Source: Candidatus Omnitrophota bacterium (GTDB taxonomy: Bacteria > Omnitrophota > Gorgyraeia > Tantalellales > Tantalellaceae). From it: 64,000 bases of DNA. Under the pieces are notes generated by a model that did no database searches, was not told the DNA's origin, and saw only the letters and a program-made list of their open reading frames with translations. The DNA is taken from positions 25,423 to 89,422 of the forward strand of contig JADGBR010000009.1 of the NCBI GenBank assembly GCA_015231405.1. Direction: 5' to 3'. Made by a program: the position numbers and the translations under genes. Numbering within the stretch: position 1 is the first letter of the stretch; each line of letters starts with the position of its first letter. Positions 12,201 to 21,200 of the stretch are shown in pieces.

Positions 12201-15200
12201 CGTAATATCTCGGCAGGAAACCGTCATGGTCTCTCATGGCGTCGGCTATCTCGCCGAGTTTGGCTATGCCTTTGGCGACCTTAGCGTCAAATTCGCGTTT
12301 TTGGTCTTCGGTAGCGTTGTTATTAAGAATAGCCTTCCCCATCGTCTCCTCGCGTTTATAAACGTCCCGGACGAGAAAAATCGCCTTGTAAAGCATCTTT
12401 TCGTACATGCGGCGCCTTAAAAGCATCTCCTCGCGTTTATGTTTTGCGTCCCAGAACTCCTGGTCGGATCCCACGCCTTCCGCTTCGACGGCCCTCATCC
12501 CCTCGCCGTCGGGCATATACCTCAAATACTCATCGTATGGCAGCCCGAATTTATCCTCGGCCAATTTCGCCGCTTCGAGCATGTGTTTCCTGAACAGTTC
12601 GAGGAGTTTAATGTCGATCTGGTTGCTTGTCATGAAAGCCTTCAGACCCATAAGGGTATAAAGGTCGTCCTCGTAAGCGACCCTTTTCTGTTTCGTGTAC
12701 ATACCGCTATCTTTGAAAGCCGCGGAAAAAGGCTGGGTTCCGTCAAGGTTAAGGGGCGCCGCTGTGACAGGGGGCCTGAAATTATTGATATCCTCGAGAT
12801 GCTCGGTACCGAAACTCGCGTCCCACTTTACCGCGTTCGGGCTGTACTGCCTGAAAAGTCTCATCCCTATGTTATACCAGCCTTCTTCGACGAATCCGTC
12901 TATGGTCCTCACATAATGAGCCCCGATATGCTCGCGCCTCAATAACCCCTTCATAGTCGGCGTCAGTTCCCCTATCCCCTCCATAGCCACAAGAGCGTCT
13001 ATGAACTTCCTGGAAAGACTCCTCGGCATGGCGGCTTCCATCTCTTTCTGCCATCTCATATAATCTTCTCTGTTCCTGACCTTTAAAAGATCGTTCTCGC
13101 ATTTTTTCTCCCATTCCCTCATCTCCCGTTCATCAGTGGTCTGCCACTTGCGGTCCATGGCGATATTTACCCTAAAAAGGAGGGTTTTCCTAGCCGAAGC
13201 GAGCATCTCTAGCCTCTTCTGGAGCTCGCCGGCGAGTTTCTCGTTCTTTTCATCCACCGCTTTCTTTATTCGGACCTTTAGTTCTTCTATATCCGCCTTC
13301 AATTTCTCGGCCTCCTTCCTCTCCTTTAAACCCCCGAAATACGCCGAGAATTTTTTTACTTCTTCCCAATCCCTGGAAGTCATGACACCGGGCTTTAAAC
13401 CCTTCACCCGGTAATATTCGTTCCGTGACTGGAGGTATAAAAGCTCTCCAAGTTTGTTCCCGAAATCCTTGTCGATGGCCGATAGCTCGGCGTTCTCGGC
13501 GCTTGAAAGGAGACCCGAGGCGAAAGTCCCGAGATAATGATGCGGCGGAACTATCTCAGCCGCTATTGTAGTTGCCATTTCGGCCATTTTCCTCGTATTG
13601 AAACCTCTCGACGGATTCATCTTTATATAATCCGAAAGGAACCTGTTCCACCTTTCTCTCGAAAGTTTGGACGCCGCGTCCTTGTTGAATACCTGCATCG
13701 CGGCGATCAGATAATCGACGTCCTCGGCGTTGACAGGAACATTCGGGAGTTTCGGAACTATTTTTCCCCCGGCCGCCATGACCCCTAGCTCCCTTGCTTT
13801 TTTCACCTGAAGCGCCGTCAGTTGTTCCTTCCTATCCGCCGGAAGCGAAGCTATCTTACCCCGAAGGTATTCAGTCACCGCAGCCAGCCATTTTTCGTTC
13901 ATCCTATTGTCCTTAACTTGAAGCATCTTCTCGAGCTCCTCCAGCCTGAAGGCTTTTTTCGTGGCGGCATCAAGAAACTCATTCATCGCGGCCATGGCCG
14001 CCTCTATCTTTCCTATCGCCTCCTTGGCTCGCTCCTCCTGGTTTATTTTTTTGGCGTTAAGCTCGGTTATTACCGCCTTGAGCCATGGGATATTAAGCTT
14101 GTTAGCGCCAAGAGCGTTCCTCCTTGCCTCGACAATGTCCCTGTCTACACCGGCCGGAAGCGTTTTTTCCAGATGGGCTATAAGTTCTTCGGCCTTTTTC
14201 TGGACTGCTTCAAGCTCTTTTTTAGCGAGTTCGTCCGAAAGCATCTTAACTGCTTTTTCCATCTCATCCCTTTTACCCTTAAGGCCCCTTATCCACTCGG
14301 TCCATGTATCAGTCTGTTCCTTGGGATAAAATTTTTTCAGACCTGAGATCAGACGGGCGGCGTCGGCTACCAGCCCTTTTGTATCGTCTACCCCAAGTTT
14401 GTCCTCGGCTTTGACTTTCGCCGCTTGAGTCGCTTGGACCTTATCTTTAAGGGCGAGACTTGAAAGAGTCCCTTCAAGCCTTATTTTTATGGTATCTATG
14501 GGAGTTTTGCCCACGGCGTCCTCTAGTGCCGCTATTTCGGACGCCGAATAGGGCCGCCCCGCGAGTTCCCTCTCCTTTTTCATTGCAGCCACATAGGCCC
14601 GCCTTATTCCCTCCTGCGAACTCGCGAAACTCAGTCTCTTTTCCCTAATTATCGCCTCAGCGTCGAGAAGGGCCTTATCCGACGTTCTAATGAATTCCCG
14701 GATAGCTTCATCGTCCTCATGTTTTACCCAGTCCTCTATCTTCCTGCCGCGTCCGATTATCCCGCCGACACCCTCTGCTCCAAGCTTATTGCCGCTAACT
14801 ACGGCTTTTTTCTCCAGGTCCAGCCTCTGCCTGACGGCGTTCTCAGCTACCGTAACCGCCACTTTCAGCTTGTCCTTATCCGTGAATTTTCCGGCTTCCG
14901 TTTCCAGGGCCAGCCGTGCCTCATCCGTGCATCCGGGGATAAGAGCGGCTCTTGCTTCTACCCATCGCCTGACTAGCGGCCTCATCTCCGCCTCAAATTG
15001 TTTCTGGGGGAGGCTCTCCTCGAGAGCTTTCGTCTCAGCCCTTCCTTTAATGAGCGTTTCTAATCCATTAACAGCCTCACGAAGCCTGTCATAGGTCATC
15101 TCGTCAGCTATTTTCTCAAGATCTTCCCGGCTCTTATCGCCGTAAAGATCATTAGCGTCGGGGGCAAGCTCGACGAATTTCTTAGCGAGAAAGGTTTTCC

Positions 15201-18200
15201 ACTGAACATTTGTCCGGAGCTTTCCGATCAATTCGTCCAGGAACGACGTCTCTTCGACCGGAGTTCTTGTCCTGGCGTTTTCGGCAAGGTATTTCATATA
15301 CTGTTCCACAGGTATTTTATGGATTTTCTCTACAAGAGCCGCCGCTTCATCCCGTTTAGCCTGGATCCCATTCATTATTCTTATTTCTTCTAAAAGCTCA
15401 TCCAGGCTCATGTTCAGAGATACGTCATAAACGGCACCGAACTCCTTGCCATATAGCCGTTCCTGTTTATCACGGTACTCTACTCTCGCCGCTTCCGCTC
15501 GCTCGACATTTTTTGCCAGTTCCCTTTCTTTATCCCGAAGGGACTTAAGGTCACGAAGCTCTCTGAATATTTTTTCCCCCAGTGCCTCATGTCCTTTCGG
15601 ATCCGTCTTTTTCAGGGATCCGGTTATGGATCTCTTGACCCTTTCCACAGAAAAATAATAAGTAATACCTTCTTCCAGTTCTTTCTTATCGAACCCCGCC
15701 GCTTTCTCTTCCAATTTCTCTTTTGTCGTATCGGGAAAAGCCGCCAGACCGCCTCTCACGAATGAGTGCCTGGCGATATCAGTTTCATGCTCGGTTATGG
15801 ACCTTTCCAGGCCATCCTTGTCCATTGTTTCATATACTCCCAGATCGGTCATCTTGAAATCGGCATGAGCTCTTACATGTTTATTCCTGGCGTCAGCCCT
15901 CAAGGCCTTCATCTCCTCGGTATCAGGAACGGCCTCTTTGACCCCTTCATCCGGCGGTCCCGCTCCCCCGGCGCCCTCAGGCTCCGGAGCAGCTTCTCCC
16001 AAGTCCGCCATAGCTAACATTTCATCGAAGACATCCTCTTCGACGCTGTCCGCCAGTTCCGTCGCCGCTTCCCGAGTTCCGTCGAGTGGAGCTAACGGGT
16101 CGGCCTCCGTGCTGACCGGTGTCACTACCGGCACAGCCAGTATGTCCGCGACCGTTACCTCTTTACCCTCCCATATCCTCCTAAAATTATCCCGGACCTG
16201 AGCCACCGCCCCTTCTTCATAAACGTGGCTCACATATCTCGAACTCGCCTGTTCCACCATACTCCCGGAGGCGATCGACGGGATAGCCATTATTATGCCG
16301 GCTTGCATTACAAGCTGGGTCATTTTCCGCGAATCCGCTATTACCCCCGCTATCTTCCCCGAAAATCCGGTCAACTCTTCGCCGCTGGCAAGGCGCCTTA
16401 CAAGCCCTTTCCTGTACGAAATGATGGCCATGACAATTCCGGCCACGGTAAGGATGAAAGCGCCAACGCTCCCGGCCAAAACCGCGATCGAAGTCCCCAG
16501 GGCCATTGTTTTAGCGACCCCTGTGACCGTTCCGAGAATAGCCGCTAAGCCTAAAGCCCCGAGAACCAGCATCCTCACGTCAACCGCTCCTGACCACACC
16601 ATGCGTTTCCCGACGCCCAACAATTTGCTCCCGCCGAAAGTTTTGTGCTCAATTTCAGAAAAACGCGCCGAAACATAGGGTAGGCCGACGAGATAGAGAA
16701 GCGCGAGAGTGAACGTCACTATAGAACCCAAAAGCATTACGAGGCTTACAGCGCCGATGAACTGTCCGGTATAAATGGCCGTGCCGTAGAGAAGGGCTAC
16801 AGCTACGCCTGAAGCGAGGAGCCCCTCGGCCCTTTTCAGCCTGGCCGCGCTTGAATCCTCGAGCACTCTGTCGTACTGGCTCCTTTCCAACTCCCTTATC
16901 CCTATTCCGATCAAAGTTATCGCGCCGGCGCCGATCATAAGGCCGGGAACATTCGTGAACATAAAGAGAAGCGCTATCCCCGAGATGACCGTCATACCTG
17001 TCGTAAGAGCGGAAAAGAACCTTTTCATATCATCCGTTTTAACTAGTTTCGGAGTTATGACTTCGCGCCGTGATATCATCCTCGCCTTGGCAACGGCCAA
17101 AATGATGGATGATATTACACCGGCACCGGCCATAAGCGCGATTAGAGGTAAAAGCACCGGGACCGCTCTCGGAAGTGCTACCGCCGATATCATGGCAAGG
17201 ACAGACCCTACGGGGGCGAACGACGACACCATAATTAAAGCCATAGCCGGGACCGCTTTCACCGCTCCCAGCCAATCCTTTGCATCCAGAGAGCCTTTCA
17301 AAACAAGCTCAATATTTTCTTTACCTTTATATATCTCGCCAAACTTGGCCACATGACTCCGGTAAATAGAAAAAGCCAGGAATATCAACCCTACAGCCGC
17401 CACCACCCACAGACAGGCAGGCATCACGGTGTATATATCCGTTATCAGGAATTTTACATGCCCGCTCATCGCAGTTTCGCCTATCCCACTACCATCCGAA
17501 ACAAAGCTCATGACGCTTGTGAGCTTCATGGCTAAATTCATTACCTGCCATGAAAGGGCTATTATCACGCCGCCGAAAACTAAGCCCGGAAGGACTTTAA
17601 GCACTCTTTTCCCTCTTTCAGCGGCCGTCTTTGGCTCGAGTTCGCGTTTCAACATATCGGATATACTCAGATCCTCTCCCCTCACTCCGGCCCCTATCAA
17701 TATTTCCCTTGAAAGATCGGCGTTCATATAAGCCACGGCATATTTGAAAGCTTTTTCCGAAGCGCTACTGAACTCCCCGAAGACCTTTTCCTGGGACCTT
17801 GCGGCAACAGCCCTCCATCGGGCGTTCCTTACCTCAAGGCTGAGTCTGTGCTTGACCTCGGAAACCTTATCGAAATAATAGCTCGAAAAAGCGTTGTCCA
17901 TTATCTGTAAAAGCCCTTTACGAAAATCTGCCATATTGTTTTTCGCAACTTTAGCGGCTATAAGGTCTAAATCCTTTATTAAACTCTTTAGTTTCTGGTC
18001 GTTAAAACGCCCCTCGACTACCGCGGCCCGAATATCCAGAAATGCAGCTTTTCTGGCCTCAACCTCGGCCTCAAAACGCGCTTCCTCGCCGAACCCTCGT
18101 ATCCTTGAATCCATTATCGCCCTTCTTATCGAGCCGATAAGGCTTTCGACCTGGCCGGGCCTTATCCCTACCTTCGATGCTATGAACCCTGACTCAGGTT

Positions 18201-21200
18201 GACCGTTGAACAATTTCCCGAGCGACGCTCGCGCGGTCTTTACGCCGCTATCTTCTTTGTATTTCGCGAATATCGGATCGCCAAGCGACCAGTACGCCGT
18301 CCACCTGCCCATTTCTCCCGGTCGCCTCGCGACACGGCGCCTGAACTGAAGGTCGGTAGCCATAACCTCGTCAATATAGGTCGAGTACGCCGAGATGCCT
18401 TCCCTCGCGGATATGACGCCCCTTAGCGCGATATCCATGCCGCGGCTTCCGCGGTTGGACACGATCGTTATCATCCCGTCGTTTCCGCCTGTATCCTCTA
18501 TCCTTTTAATATCCGCGTCCGAACCGGACGCAAAAATATTTATCCGCTCCTTTGCGATAGCCGCGCCTAAAGCCTTCTCGATGCCTTTAATTATGACCTC
18601 TATCTCCCCGTCCATAGCCTTTATAAGGATAGGCGCGTTGCTATTGACCTTTTCCGCTATATCCCGTAACATGGCCTTTTCTTTTTCTTTTTCGTTACGG
18701 AATAACATTATTGTATCCTCGCCAAGGCTCATATATCTGTCCGGTATGACAGGCTCGACGACTTCCTTATTATGTACCCTCATCATGAACTCTTTGTCCA
18801 TAGTGCCGCTAGCGCCCGCAAAATCGGCGATAATGTCCCTATTTTGTAGAAATGACTGAAGCATGCTGACGTTCCGCGTGGCGTGTTCGAGGTTCACTTC
18901 AACATTCTCTTTAGCCTCTATCGCCGCGTGAAGGCCGAAAGACCATCTTCTTCCTTCCATTTCTTTTCCTTCGGTCGCGTCGATAAGCACAACCTCGCCG
19001 TTTTTTACCATGTAATCCCTGCCGCGTTTGTAACAAACGGCCGCGGTTAAAGCCTGCTCCACGAGATATTTCCAGCCGAGGAGATCATTATGATCAAGAT
19101 CGGTCTCGCCCACTTCCCCGGGGTTGGCCCTGAGTACATTCCTCAGGCATTCCTCGCCATCACCCGTCAACGTCACTGTTTGAGACGCGGCTTTGGAGAG
19201 ATCCACTAGTCCGGGCACGGTCTTGGCCCGCTTTATGATAAACTGGGCCATCTGTCGGGCCACGATAAAACTCTTTCTTATCTTTTCGGCTTCCTTTTTA
19301 TCCCCACCGGAAATGACAAAAGGCGTCATGATCTGGTATATGAGCGCGGAGTCCGCCTCGTCGAAAAGCGCGAACCATTTCCTGGCGGAGAAAGCTATTT
19401 CCCCTTTTTCGACAGCCAGTTCTTCGGATTGGCGCCTGTGCACGAATTTGTCGATCTTTCCGTAAATAATATTGGCTTTCCGATAAAGCTCCGTAGCCGG
19501 CACGGGATCCTTGCCCATTTTTCCCGTTAATGGATCATATAAATACCCTATATCCCGCCCTTCCTTATTCCGGCCCGCGGCGTACCCGCATACAAGCCCG
19601 AACGGCTCGAGCATCTTCGCCGCCGATTCCGCGTCCCTAGCCGCAAGGTCGTCGCTTGAGGTAACGACAAGAACGCCCTTGTCCATCGCGCTATATCCTT
19701 TTTTAACGGCCAGCATATAAGCACAGAGCCTGAGAGCAAGTGTCTTCCCGAATCCCATCGGTATCTGGTACATCTTCCCTTCCGCCATGTTTCTGGCCGC
19801 ATCCGCCTGTATGGCGAGTTTACCTATATCGGGAGTGCCGCCCGTAGCTTGAAACATGTCTATTTCCCGTTCGAGCATGATCCTCAGGTCTTTTTCCCTG
19901 CTTAACAGCTCGGTTTTAGTTATGTCAGCGTTCAATGGAATTATCGGGCTTCTCCCTAGGAGAGGATTAATAAAGGCTGACAGAAGGGTTGCGACCAGTA
20001 TAAGCCTGGCCACGATCCAGTTCTTTCTCGGAGCGGGCGCTTTCGTCAGATCCTGAGCCGGCTCTTCTTCCGGTACGGCGATCTCGAAGGTTTCGGCCAT
20101 AACGGGTTCCTCTATCGCGGCGGGGACAGCTCCATCGGAAGTATTCGGCTCAGGCGATATGGCCGCGACGGTCCCACTTTCGATTAGACTTGCATCCGGT
20201 ATATCCGCCGTAACAGGGGCCGGTGATCCTATCTCGGGATAGACCACGGCTTTAGCCTTTTCCGCTATGATCTCGCCGGCTCTATCGATCTTCCGCTGTC
20301 TTAAAGCGGCCAGCTCTTCCCTTATCGAATCCGGATCTTTAGCCATCCAGGCTTTAAGCTCAGTCACTCCGGGTTCTTCGACCTTTGGATGATCAGCGCC
20401 GAGTTCCGCGCCGTAGGTTCTTTCCATATGATCGTTGATCCCCTGTATCGTCCGAGCTGCAAGAAGCATCCTTTCGAACCTGGGCTTCCAGTTCCTGCCG
20501 AAAGACATGAGAGACCTACCCCTCCCCTTATAGATGTCTACCCCGGCATCGGAGAGCATATTTATCTGTTCCTTAAGGAATTCCAGGTCGAAATCCGAAG
20601 ATATGATCTTTTTGATCGCGGCCGTTTCTTTTATACCCAGCGCCCTGAATACGTCTTGTTTGGTCAGGGCTTCGGCAACCCAAAGTTTACGGACCATCAC
20701 AGTAATATCCTCTGTTACGTTCCCTGTGACTAGAAGTTTAGGGTGTTTCCTTATAATATACGCCTCGTCGGTCTTTGTGACATACCATTTGAGGCTGCTT
20801 TGTATCGACCGCGAGAACACCGTGCCCGAAGCCAATTCCTCTCGGGTAACAGTTGTTCCAAGCTTTTCACCCGCGTCCTCGACCGCTTTCAGGAAAAGCC
20901 CGAGAGCTTTCCTTAAAACGCCGTCAAAATTGGCGATATCGACGACATTGCCATGCCTTGTCCTCATTAAAGACAGCAAGGCGTCCTGATGGATCTTTCT
21001 CATGAGAAGAAAGTTATACACATCCTTGGTAGAAACGGCCGTCTCTTCGACTCGCGGATCGGCCATCCCCGAAGCTAAAACCAGGTGCCCGATCTCATGC
21101 CGTAGGGCCCATGCCACCGCCGGAGCGACGCACATGTACACATCTTTCCTTTTAAACCTGGTTATATTTTCAGCGACATATATCGCCTTCTCAAGGAACC

